Shown one piece after another: positions 1 through 9,248 of a stretch of 64,000 nucleotides of DNA. This DNA comes from Promethearchaeia archaeon (GTDB lineage: Archaea; Asgardarchaeota; Lokiarchaeia; Sigyniarchaeales; SOKP01): contig JAHQWJ010000143.1 of the NCBI GenBank assembly GCA_029856125.1, forward strand, positions 17,325-81,324, read 5' to 3'. A model generated the notes under the pieces. The model saw only the letters and a list, made by a program, of their open reading frames with translations. It had not been told where the DNA came from and ran no database searches. Numbering within the stretch: the first letter of the stretch is position 1; every line of letters begins with the position of its first letter. The position numbers were made by a program, and so were the translations under genes.

Positions 1-440
1 TTTTATTCAATCCTCCACTTTTTAATTATTTGAGTTAATTTCCTTAAATGTTACTTTTTTGATCAAATTTAATTAATCAAATAATTATTGTTCTTTTATA
101 TATTTAAAGATTTTGATTAAAGCTTCATTTTCTAAAGAAAAAAAAGAAAAAAATTTTACGACAAAATTCAAATCATATTAATTGAATAATCTCGTGCAAT
201 ATAGGTTTCTTTTACCAGTTTTTCGAATCTATCAATATTTGCTATAAAATGATGTATAAAATAGGAATATTTTAGCTGATATAGAAATGTGGAAATACAT
301 TTAAAAGATTTCAAAAAATAAGTTAAAATGTGAATCGTTGTATAATGAATTTTTCCGTCATAGAAAACTTAAAAAAATCAAATTTATGCTTGTTCTTTTC
401 TGTTGAGAGGAAGAATTTTTTATGAAGCTCGATGAGTTAA

Positions 441-1463
441 TTAATTCCAAACAATTTGTTCATAATTGCATTTATTGCACTCAATTGATTCACCTTTTAG
501 TGGAAAATAGGTCAATGTATTCCCACAATACCGACATTCCAGAGTGTAAATTTGTTCTTTAGACGCTATATGACCACGTACTATCAGTTCTCTTTCAAAC
601 ACGGTGATAAACTTCGTTAAAAGAGATATGAGTAAGTGAGGATTTGACGATGCTGCTAACCACTCTATTTTGCGACCCGATACTTGACATATAATCAAAA
701 CATCGTTCCCTGAGACTAAATCAGTTCCAAAAAACCAACTTATTTTCTTGCTTTGAATATTCATAATTAGTTGGAAGTTATGGGTTTCAAGAATTTCATT
801 TATAAGCTCAAAATAATATTTTTCATCAAGTTGGCTGTCAATTCCAATTCCGATGCTTTTAATTGCTTTTTTTATCCATGGCTTTTCTAGAAATTGTTTA
901 ATTTCTGACGAGGGTATTATTTTTCTTTCAATATTGAAGGGATCAAACTGAATTGGGATGGCATCAGTATCAATTGCCCTTATGAAATCAACATTGTTAA
1001 CAAAAGTAATAAAGGATCTAATTGTACCTTTTTCTTCGAGGAAAAGGGGACATAAATATAGGTTTATCTGTTTATTAGAATTTTTTTCTAGGCTTTCAAA
1101 TTCCATAACGACTTGTTGTTGTTCAATTTCTTTTTGATCGCTGTTACTTTCATCTACCCCTAATTCTAATGACTCTAGAGTTAAAGTTGGGGGGGTGCTC
1201 CTACATAATTTAAAAAATCCCGGAAAATTAATTCTTATTTTAACCTTTGTAATAGGATCGGTGCTTTGATTCGTTATTAGTAAAGAATAAAGGTAATTTC
1301 CCCCGAATGGGACTAGCTTATAGACCATGTTTATCTTGTCTTCTTGATCTATATATTCTAATGGTTCAGGTTCAAACAGTTTTGATTTTGTTTCAGTATC
1401 TTCATTAAATAGTAATAATTCATGGGTTTCTTTTTGACTTTTATCCTTATTTCTCCTTTCCAT
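441..1463 (-). CDS. Hypothetical protein: predicted beta-sandwich plus alpha/beta domain and C-terminal zinc ribbon
   Basis: 340-aa ORF; beta-rich segment (YSLLITNQSTDPITKVKIRINFP); C-terminal CRYC...CNKC. Confidence 0.6.
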   Translation of the reverse strand: MERRNKDKSQKETHELLLFNEDTETKSKLFEPEPLEYIDQEDKINMVYKLVPFGGNYLYSLLITNQSTDPITKVKIRINFPGFFKLCRSTPPTLTLESLELGVDESNSDQKEIEQQQVVMEFESLEKNSNKQINLYLCPLFLEEKGTIRSFITFVNNVDFIRAIDTDAIPIQFDPFNIERKIIPSSEIKQFLEKPWIKKAIKSIGIGIDSQLDEKYYFELINEILETHNFQLIMNIQSKKISWFFGTDLVSGNDVLIICQVSGRKIEWLAASSNPHLLISLLTKFITVFERELIVRGHIASKEQIYTLECRYCGNTLTYFPLKGESIECNKCNYEQIVWN

Positions 1464-1592
1464 GAATCCTTCGCCAGTTTTTCAATTAAAAAATTACAAT
1501 TGATTGTATAAGAAGTATTAAATTATTTTAATTTATATTTTTTTTTGACCTACTGTTTTTTTTACATATGATTCTTATTATATATCAACAGT

Positions 1593-2291
1593 ATGAATGT
1601 ATTGAGCGAATTAGATCCATTATTTGAAAGCCCCACTATTAAACCAACATTCGACTATGTGCATGTAATATTGTCACTATTTCTATTTGGTGAGAACATA
1701 GAAGGGATTGGTAGGTATCGACTTCAAAAAGAATTACAAATCGGGGCTGGAACTGTAAAGTCATTATTTAATAAATTAAAAAATGTTACCAAATTTATAA
1801 TTGTTCCAAGCGAAGGAGAATTGAAAGCTGGTGAATTGCAAAGGAGGGGACATGTTTTAACTCAAATTGGTTTTGAATTTTTAGCAAAAGTAAAAAAGAA
1901 GATTCTTTTATTAAAGAGAGCAGATTTGGAGTATTTAAAGGATATTATTATCAGACAAGAATATGTGAATTCGTATTTCTGTTTAGTTAAAAAAGCCTCT
2001 ACGAAATTAAGTGATGGAGTAGAGCAAAGAGACGCAGCTATAAAAGTTAACGGCTCTGGTGCTACTTGTTTAGTTTACGATGGCATTAATCTGTTTTTTC
2101 CAACAAAAACAAAATCCAAAGATGATAAAGATAGTACGAAAATTAATCCTAAAACATTGAATTATTTTAAGGCGGAAATTGAAGCTGCGAAGGTTAAAAT
2201 TGAAAAAAATGACGTAATTATTATAGGTTCAGGAGATAACGATCAAAAGGCACGGTTAGCCACTTTAAATGCTGCTTTAACTTTATTCTGA
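1593..2291 (+). CDS. Winged-helix / DUF4443-like archaeal protein
   Basis: N-terminal IGRYRLQKELQIGAGTVKSL HTH-like segment; QRDAAIKVNGSGAT motif. Confidence 0.6.
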   Translation: MNVLSELDPLFESPTIKPTFDYVHVILSLFLFGENIEGIGRYRLQKELQIGAGTVKSLFNKLKNVTKFIIVPSEGELKAGELQRRGHVLTQIGFEFLAKVKKKILLLKRADLEYLKDIIIRQEYVNSYFCLVKKASTKLSDGVEQRDAAIKVNGSGATCLVYDGINLFFPTKTKSKDDKDSTKINPKTLNYFKAEIEAAKVKIEKNDVIIIGSGDNDQKARLATLNAALTLF

Positions 2292-2299
2292 TTTTTTTT

Positions 2300-2800
2300 A
2301 TGGAGTTAAATATGAGATATGAGAAAGATATCGTTTTTTATATTAGTAATACCATAATTGAAAAAATCGATACATGTATTAAATTAGCGTCTCCTAACGA
2401 AGCTAGCGGGTTTATCCTAGGGAATATTCAAGAAATTAACAATAATAATGGTGATTTTAGTTATAACTACTATAGCGTTTCTTTTCATTGTATAAAATCT
2501 AGTACAGGAAGCACTGTATCATTTTTATTAGATAACGATCAGAAAATTTTAGAGCTTTCAGACCATTTAATGAAAAATGAAAACCTGAAATTAATAGCAA
2601 TACTTCACTCTCATCCTTCTGGAACAACTCCTAGTAGCACAGATAAACTTAACATGAAATATTACCATAATAGTGGTTTAAAGAAATTCACACACTTAAT
2701 TTGGATAATTGTAGACTCCCGGAACAACGAGATGAATGGGTTTATTTATCTAAGCAATAAACTCACACAAATCAATCTTATTTTGAGCGCCTATGAATAA
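2300..2800 (+). CDS. MPN+/JAMM metalloprotease (single domain)
   Basis: EASGFILG and HSHP-x6-S-x-D type JAMM motif (HSHPSGTTPSSTD). Confidence 0.85.
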   Translation: MELNMRYEKDIVFYISNTIIEKIDTCIKLASPNEASGFILGNIQEINNNNGDFSYNYYSVSFHCIKSSTGSTVSFLLDNDQKILELSDHLMKNENLKLIAILHSHPSGTTPSSTDKLNMKYYHNSGLKKFTHLIWIIVDSRNNEMNGFIYLSNKLTQINLILSAYE

Positions 2801-2959
2801 TTTATTATAATGCTACCCATTTGTAATTTCAAGTTTAAAACTGTTAAAAACTAACTTAATTACGTACTATTGGTATGTTTTGTTTAGATAAAGCTAGATT
2901 TATATTATTGTTCTTTGATAGTCTTTTTAATATTATTTATCAAGAATTGATTTACAAAT

Positions 2960-3694
2960 ATGTCGTTAACACCATTAGAAATTTTTTATGGAAGTTTTAC
3001 ACTCGCTTCATTCATAATTTCTACAATTTTGGGATTACTTATTGCTTTAAAGTATAAAAGGTACGGAAAAGTAGAATATCTCGCTGTTGGAATTACATGG
3101 ATATTATTAGCAAGCCCATACTGGTCTGATGCAATACAATTCATTACTACTATGATTTTTGGAGTTCAAATTCCCACTAATCTATATTATTTCTTAGCAA
3201 ATGCGTTTATTGCTCCAATGTATGTCACTTGGATAATTGCATTGACGAGGATTCTATTTACAAAACAAAAAAAGATCCTTCGAGCCATTTTTTTTCCAAT
3301 TGCTCTGACTTTTGAAATAATCTTTTTAGTCGCATTCTTCATCGATGCGAACTTAATCGGAGATCAAAAAAGCGCTTTTGTGGTCGAATGGGCTTTATGG
3401 ATTCAAATATACCTCCTTATATCCATTGTCGTTCTTTTAATAACCGGATTCATACTTGCTAGAGCGAGTCTTAAAGCAGGTGGAGATGAATTAAGAATGA
3501 AAGGAATATTTTTGTTAACAGCGTTTATAAGCTTCACCATTGCTACTGTAATTGATGTCATTGGAGCTGAAAGTCCATCTGAAATCACAATATTACTCGC
3601 AAGAATATTTTTGATTGTTAGCTCGCTATGTTTCTATATAGGTTTTATATTACCTAAATTTGTAAGAAATCTGTTTATTAAACAACAAGACTAA
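2960..3694 (+). CDS. Multi-pass membrane protein (about 7 TM)
   Basis: 244-aa ORF with repeated hydrophobic helices. Confidence 0.7.
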   Translation: MSLTPLEIFYGSFTLASFIISTILGLLIALKYKRYGKVEYLAVGITWILLASPYWSDAIQFITTMIFGVQIPTNLYYFLANAFIAPMYVTWIIALTRILFTKQKKILRAIFFPIALTFEIIFLVAFFIDANLIGDQKSAFVVEWALWIQIYLLISIVVLLITGFILARASLKAGGDELRMKGIFLLTAFISFTIATVIDVIGAESPSEITILLARIFLIVSSLCFYIGFILPKFVRNLFIKQQD

Positions 3695-3796
3695 ATTTGT
3701 TTATTTTTTTTTTTTGGATTTTTAAAAAAAGAGATGATTTAAGAAAGAAGATATGAGGTTGACATTTTAATAAAGAATAAATTTTAGGATAACATC

Positions 3797-4438
3797 TTAT
3801 TGAACTTGTTTAAAACCAGTTTTATCAATCGTGCATATTTGAAGGTTGAATCCCGAAGCAGAATCTCTTTCTCTAGAGCTTGATATCGCTGTTTCTATTA
3901 ACTTTATCCCGGCTGGTTTAGTCAAATTTGGTTTCCAATCAGCTTCTAAAACGCCTAGTGAAAATGGGGAACCTGACCCAAACGAAATGAATTTTTCTTC
4001 TTCATATAGAGTTCCTAATAAATCAACGCCATAGAGAATTCCGTTATTAGCTTTTTGTGAGAAACCTCCTATGATCATCATACACAAGAAGTATGATCTT
4101 CCGCTAAACAAAACATTCCTTGTCATGCTTGCAATGTACTGTGGATCGGGTACTTTATCGTCCTCTACTTGTTTTAGTCTTGATAGCGCTTGTAGTTGAT
4201 TAACAACATATTGGCAATCTGCAACTCCACCACTAATTGTGGCCGCCGTATAGTCATTTATTTTAAATAATTTTTGAGCTTCTTTGGTGGCTACAGTGTA
4301 TCCTGCAGTAGCTTGAGATTCAGTACCGATTACAACGCCATCCTTTACAATTATACCTACTGTGGTTGTACCCGATTTAATTATATTTTTTATAGAATCT
4401 TCATCTAAGTTTGGATAATTAGATTTGTTCTCCATCAT
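3797..4438 (-). CDS. psmB: Proteasome beta subunit
   Basis: Short propeptide then G|TTTVG; GSGS motif; RDSASG. Confidence 0.95.
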   Translation of the reverse strand: MMENKSNYPNLDEDSIKNIIKSGTTTVGIIVKDGVVIGTESQATAGYTVATKEAQKLFKINDYTAATISGGVADCQYVVNQLQALSRLKQVEDDKVPDPQYIASMTRNVLFSGRSYFLCMMIIGGFSQKANNGILYGVDLLGTLYEEEKFISFGSGSPFSLGVLEADWKPNLTKPAGIKLIETAISSSRERDSASGFNLQICTIDKTGFKQVQ

Positions 4439-4624
4439 TTTTAACCAATCTACAAATGTTTTAAAATTAATATACGATTTTTATTATTATATTAAATAAA
4501 TTAATTTTACCTATTTCTATTTTACTTTTAAAAATTATAAACTCCTAAACCTAAACACAAAAATTTTAAAGATATAGATAATTATCGATTATATCATATT
4601 CGATTCTATGAGTGTCCTTTAATC

Positions 4625-5008
4625 ATGGCAAGAAGTCAAGCAAGAAGCAAAAGAAAGTATACCGGAAAAAAATACAAGAAATTTCATAAAAAACGAAAAA
4701 GAGAATTAGAACGACCGCCCATAAATACTCAGATTGGGATAGAAAAGAAAAAGAAACAGCGTACTATTGGGGGAAATTACAAACTTAAGTTATTCTCATC
4801 GAATTTTATAAATCTTACCGATCCTGCGACTAATAAAACCACAAAAGTTAAGATTCTAAAATTCGAAAGTAATGCGGCTTCTAAAGATATAAATCGGCGC
4901 CATATTCTTACTAAGGGTGCAATAGTGGAAACGGAAAAGGGTTTAGCAAGAATATCAAGTCGTCCAGGTCAACACGGAATTTTAAATGGTATCTTAATTA
5001 GTGAATAA
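4625..5008 (+). CDS. rps8e: 30S ribosomal protein S8e
   Basis: KKRKRELER, ILTKGAIVET, SSRPGQHG motifs. Confidence 0.97.
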   Translation: MARSQARSKRKYTGKKYKKFHKKRKRELERPPINTQIGIEKKKKQRTIGGNYKLKLFSSNFINLTDPATNKTTKVKILKFESNAASKDINRRHILTKGAIVETEKGLARISSRPGQHGILNGILISE

Positions 5009-5031
5009 TCTTTTTTTATTACTATATACCA

Positions 5032-5065
5032 ATCTGAAGAATCAGTATTAACTACGATTTCAGAT
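5032..5065. terminator. Hairpin between convergent rps8e and hypA; possible terminator
   Basis: ATCTGAA...TTCAGAT outer stem with inner AATC/GATT and AGT/ACT pairs. Confidence 0.3.
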
Positions 5066-5088
5066 GTTTTTAATTGCTATCAAGCAAC

Positions 5089-5460
5089 TTATTCTTGTAT
5101 TTTGATATTCTTTATGTTGGCTTTCTTACCGTCTATTATTTCAGTATTCTTACTTTGACAGTGTTTGCACTGAAATAATTGTAAACCGGTTAAGTGTGCT
5201 TCTTCGCTTAAGGTGACAGATGAGCTTTTTCCACAATCTCGGCATTTTATTGTACCAGGAAGCTGTTCGATGATTAATTCTGCACCTTCTGCGATAGAAC
5301 CACTGGTAGCCATTTCAAACGAACGTTTGAGAAGTTCTGGCACTATTAGTGTCAATTCACCAATCTCGAGGTGGACTTCTGTTATCTTCTTAGCGTTATG
5401 TTTTATGGCTGTAGCTTCTGCAACTTTAAATATATTGTAAGCAAACGAGAACTCATGCAA
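5089..5460 (-). CDS. hypA: Hydrogenase maturation nickel metallochaperone HypA
   Basis: MHE N-terminus, IGELT, two CxxC motifs. Confidence 0.95.
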   Translation of the reverse strand: MHEFSFAYNIFKVAEATAIKHNAKKITEVHLEIGELTLIVPELLKRSFEMATSGSIAEGAELIIEQLPGTIKCRDCGKSSSVTLSEEAHLTGLQLFQCKHCQSKNTEIIDGKKANIKNIKIQE

Positions 5461-5481
5461 GTTTTTCTCTCACTCTCTCTC

Positions 5482-5775
5482 TTACTTCGGTTGATTTCTT
5501 TTTATTTCTTTAGCAACTTCTATTAAGACTTTAGATTTCTTCTTCCCCTTCGTGTCTATCGATACTCTACCAGGATCGTCCCACCAGGTTCTAGGATAGT
5601 GATAACCTTTCTCGAAATGAGCGTCATAGCCTAAGCGTTTTGCAGCTTTTAAAATATGAGTTGTTGTTATTTTTTCTATTGCAAACTTCTTCGGTATGCG
5701 CCTTCCCTTTGATCTACTCCTTTTTGCATCGAAATATTGAGGCCAAAAAATGATAAAAGGTTTTCTGGAGCGCAT
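5482..5775 (-). CDS. srp19: Signal recognition particle protein SRP19
   Basis: WPQYFD, SRSKGRRIP, YPRTWW, GRV motifs. Confidence 0.95.
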   Translation of the reverse strand: MRSRKPFIIFWPQYFDAKRSRSKGRRIPKKFAIEKITTTHILKAAKRLGYDAHFEKGYHYPRTWWDDPGRVSIDTKGKKKSKVLIEVAKEIKRNQPK

Positions 5776-5937
5776 AATTTAGCAATAGAATGTTTTAATT
5801 TAATAAAATTATAAGAATAAAAAACCTCTAAAGAATTTAAAAATTATTGCTTTAGAAAAAAGGGATAATTAAACATAAATACAATTTGAAATTTTTAATA
5901 ATACTAAATTCATACAGACCTATTCATCAATAGATGT

Positions 5938-7494
5938 ATGATTTTTATAACGAAAGAGGATACCAAAATGAATCTAAGAGAATTAGTCAATAATCAAGCA
6001 AAAAAATATAAAGACAAAACCTTTATGTATTGGGAAGATATTACTGTTTCCTACTCCCAAATAGATGAATTAACTAATAAAGTAGCGAATTTTCTTTACG
6101 ATCTCGGAATAAGAAAGGGAGATAAAGTTAGCGTTTACCTACCAAACATGCCCGAGTATGTCTATCTCTACTTAGGAATTCCTAAAATAGGTGCGGTTAC
6201 TGGGCCTGTAAATGCATTGTTTAAGGCTCGGGAAGTCAAATTTGTAGTGGATCATTCTGAAGCAAGGATAATAGTTACAATTCCGAAATTTATGGAAGTA
6301 ATTAAAGAAATTAGGGAAGAACTCCCAAAAGTGGAACATGTAATTGTCATTGGAGAATCTATTGAAGGATCTTTAAATTATTGGGAATTAATGGAAAAAG
6401 CATCTAAGAGTGCGCCCCCATTAGTTGCAATTGATGAAAAAAAGGATCCTGCTGCTATTCTTTATACGTCAGGGACAACAGGTTTTCCTAAAGGTGTTTT
6501 ACAAACTCATTACAACATAAGAAGAAATGCTGAAATGTTAAAAGATTTTCTGAGAGCTGAAGAAAACTACAAATTTATGTTAATTTTGCCATTATTCCAT
6601 GTCAACGCTCAAATAGTTACCGTAATGGCACCTTTTACAATTGGAGCGAGTTGCATTTTGACTCCAGGATTTTCGGCCCAAACACACTGGGAAACAGTAG
6701 CGAAATATAAAGCTTCCACATTCAGTGCGGTTCCAACTATACTCTCAATCCTTCTTAAAATGCCTCACGAAAATTTGGATCTTTCTTCCTTAGAATTTGT
6801 AATTTGTGGAGCGGCACCGTTACCAGTCGAAGTATTCAGAGAATTTGAAGAAACATTCAAATGTAAGGTTGTTGAGGGGTATGGCCTTACAGAAGGCACA
6901 TGCGCATCTTCAGTTAATCCAATACCTACAGATACAGAAGATAGACGAAAAATTGGAAGTATAGGTATACCATTACCAGGTAATGAAATGAAAATTGTAG
7001 ATAGTGACGGCAATGATCTTCCCCCAAACTCAAAAGGTGAAATTCTTGTTAAAGGTGATAATGTAATGAAAGAGTACTTCAAAAATCCAGAAGCGAACGC
7101 ACAAACTCTTAAAGACGGCTGGTTGTATACAGGCGATATCGGGCATATAGACGAAGATGGATTTTTCTACATAACAGATCGTAAAAAAGATATGATTATT
7201 CGAGGTGGAGAAAACATCTATCCGAGAGAAATCGAAGAAGTACTTTATTCACACCCAGCAGTCTCGTTGGCGACAGTTATAGGGGTACGAGACAAAATTT
7301 ATGGAGAACTTCCCAAAGCTTTCATCGTCTTAAAAGAAGGAAAATCTGTGACTACCGAAGAAATATTAAAGTTTTGTAAAGAAAATCTAGCAGATTTTAA
7401 AGTCCCAAAATATGTCGAATTTCGAGATAATTTACTTATGACCCCTACTGGTAAAATAATGAAGCAAGTACTTCGCGATGAAGAAAATACTTAA
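5938..7494 (+). CDS. Long-chain fatty acid-CoA ligase (AMP-binding family)
   Basis: YTSGTTGFPKG, EGYGLTE, TGDIG, RKKDMIIRGGENIYP; true start may be the Met at 5968. Confidence 0.92.
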   Translation: MIFITKEDTKMNLRELVNNQAKKYKDKTFMYWEDITVSYSQIDELTNKVANFLYDLGIRKGDKVSVYLPNMPEYVYLYLGIPKIGAVTGPVNALFKAREVKFVVDHSEARIIVTIPKFMEVIKEIREELPKVEHVIVIGESIEGSLNYWELMEKASKSAPPLVAIDEKKDPAAILYTSGTTGFPKGVLQTHYNIRRNAEMLKDFLRAEENYKFMLILPLFHVNAQIVTVMAPFTIGASCILTPGFSAQTHWETVAKYKASTFSAVPTILSILLKMPHENLDLSSLEFVICGAAPLPVEVFREFEETFKCKVVEGYGLTEGTCASSVNPIPTDTEDRRKIGSIGIPLPGNEMKIVDSDGNDLPPNSKGEILVKGDNVMKEYFKNPEANAQTLKDGWLYTGDIGHIDEDGFFYITDRKKDMIIRGGENIYPREIEEVLYSHPAVSLATVIGVRDKIYGELPKAFIVLKEGKSVTTEEILKFCKENLADFKVPKYVEFRDNLLMTPTGKIMKQVLRDEENT

Positions 7495-7673
7495 TGATAT
7501 TATAAATATTATTTTTTTCTATTTTTATATTTAAAATAACTCTAATAATATGGTTACCTTTATGAACTTCGGAGATCATTAAAAATAAATAGAATTTATG
7601 ATTTTAATTTATACAAATCTAAGTTGGACTAGTTTTTCTGTGTAAATTATAAGAAGAACATACTTTTTTAGAA

Positions 7674-7777
7674 GGGAGGGTGGTCTAGCTTGGTATGATA
7701 CCTTAGTTTGGACATCTCAAACTTTATCTAATCGGCTGGGGGCCGAGTGGCCGGGGGTTCGAATCCCCCCTCTCCCA
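7674..7777 (+). tRNA. tRNA-Pro(GGG) with 30-nt intron (7702-7731) at position 27/28
   Basis: Acceptor GGGAGGG/CTCTCCC-A; T arm GGGGG-TTCGAAT-CCCCC; anticodon arm CTCGG-CTGGGGG-CCGAG restored by removing 7702-7731; CCA not encoded. Confidence 0.92.
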
Positions 7778-7952
7778 TTTTAGTTTTAAGCGAAGGTTTA
7801 CAGATATTAAGACCTCCGCTGTTGTTTTTTTACTACATTTAAATTCAATATATCTAAAAAATATTAAATGTTTAAGAGGAATAGGCTATAAATATTTAAG
7901 GAGAAGTAGTCTATTTTTTATTTAATTAGCATTTAAATTATGGTGTTATAAC

Positions 7953-8252
7953 ATGAGTGAAGTTCAAGAAACCGATGTAGTAATGCGTATAGCGGCAATC
8001 GCGAGTGGAATTATAGTTTTAATAGAAGCGGTTTTAAAAATAGCAGGTGTTTCATTAGCAATATGGGGGTGGGGAGCAATTGGAGGTGCAGTTGCTCTTC
8101 TCTTAGCCATCCTTGTGATATTGCTAGGTATTAGACCAATCCATTACACTCCCGTTTTTTTGGGAATTCTTGGTATAGGCGTCATCTTCTTTGGAGTACT
8201 GATTGGCGGTATCATAGTTATTGTAGCTACTCTACTTGGAACAATAACCTAA
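7953..8252 (+). CDS. Small hydrophobic membrane protein
   Basis: 99-aa Gly/Ile-rich ORF with GGTG upstream. Confidence 0.7.
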   Translation: MSEVQETDVVMRIAAIASGIIVLIEAVLKIAGVSLAIWGWGAIGGAVALLLAILVILLGIRPIHYTPVFLGILGIGVIFFGVLIGGIIVIVATLLGTIT

Positions 8253-8363
8253 ATTTTTTTTTTTTTATATTTACTAGAGAAATACTTACTTAGTTCACTA
8301 TTTCACACACTAATCGTACAGGTAATTCAATATTTAAATTGCCAATTTCTTAGTGGAATTAGA

Positions 8364-9230
8364 TTAATAACGAGAACTTAGACTATGAGCTAAAACAAGG
8401 GCTCCTTTGATTTCAGAGATATCTCCTACCCGGGAAGTATCGACAATTGCACGATCAATATCCATGTAAATCGCGCCATATGCTTTACCTCCTCCCAAGT
8501 GAACCAAAGTTCGATATATTAAGTTTCCTGTAATCCCATCAGGAGCGATGATTAAATTAGTTTTTTTAGCGATGGCATTTTCAATTAAAATCTCTGAATG
8601 TTCAATCATTAGGGACGAAAATTTATCTCTAAAATAATTTACAACTTTTTGAGCTTCTTCGATACTACTATCTACCTTAGGGTTTCTTCCCATATCACCG
8701 ATTCTTCCACCGCTTAATATACTTACTTTTGGTTCTAAATTTAACGCTTTTATTTCCTTGATTGCTTTATTAAGGAATACTATTTTGCTATCAAAATTAT
8801 TACATTCGTCTATACCTACTGGTCCGAAAAAAAACTGATACCCCGTGAAAGTTTCTAACAGCGCTAACCGATTTATTTCTAATATTTTTAGAATGGATTG
8901 AAGTCCTTGTAAGAATTTGGTTGAACCTAAATTTCCTCTCACAACACTTGAAATTTTATTAGTTTTAAGATAATTGAGAATTTCAGATGTGGGGTCATCT
9001 GATTCAACCAAAGTAATAATTTTTTTATTTTTGCTAAAGAGTTTATTATTAGCGATATAATCTATTGATTTTCTGCTTCCAAAGAAAAAAAATGAACTAT
9101 ACCTTGGTTCTAAAGCGGATATTGCCGCTTTTAAGATTTTATCATTATGAACTCCTGAATCTCCTAGTCCAATACCAATTTTAGCTTCGGTACCTTTGGT
9201 TCTTTGATAAAATTTTTCTAATATACTCAT
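8364..9230 (-). CDS. MtxX / methanogenesis marker 4 family protein (phosphotransacetylase-like fold)
   Basis: VRGNL, GPVGIDE, LSGGR-x-GD-x-GR, APDGITGNLIYRTL, VDTSR motifs. Confidence 0.8.
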   Translation of the reverse strand: MSILEKFYQRTKGTEAKIGIGLGDSGVHNDKILKAAISALEPRYSSFFFFGSRKSIDYIANNKLFSKNKKIITLVESDDPTSEILNYLKTNKISSVVRGNLGSTKFLQGLQSILKILEINRLALLETFTGYQFFFGPVGIDECNNFDSKIVFLNKAIKEIKALNLEPKVSILSGGRIGDMGRNPKVDSSIEEAQKVVNYFRDKFSSLMIEHSEILIENAIAKKTNLIIAPDGITGNLIYRTLVHLGGGKAYGAIYMDIDRAIVDTSRVGDISEIKGALVLAHSLSSRY

Positions 9231-9248
9231 CGAATTTCTTGTTTTTTG

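Noticed and set aside
1-440. ORF-free AT-rich stretch at the window start as a possible ncRNA or origin
   Set aside because: No convincing stems or repeats; GGAGG on the minus strand near position 12-16 suggests it is the upstream region of a gene outside the window.
5032-5065. Hairpin as a SECIS element
   Set aside because: Neither flanking gene has an in-frame TGA, and the AUGA/GA core with a proper upper stem is not convincing.
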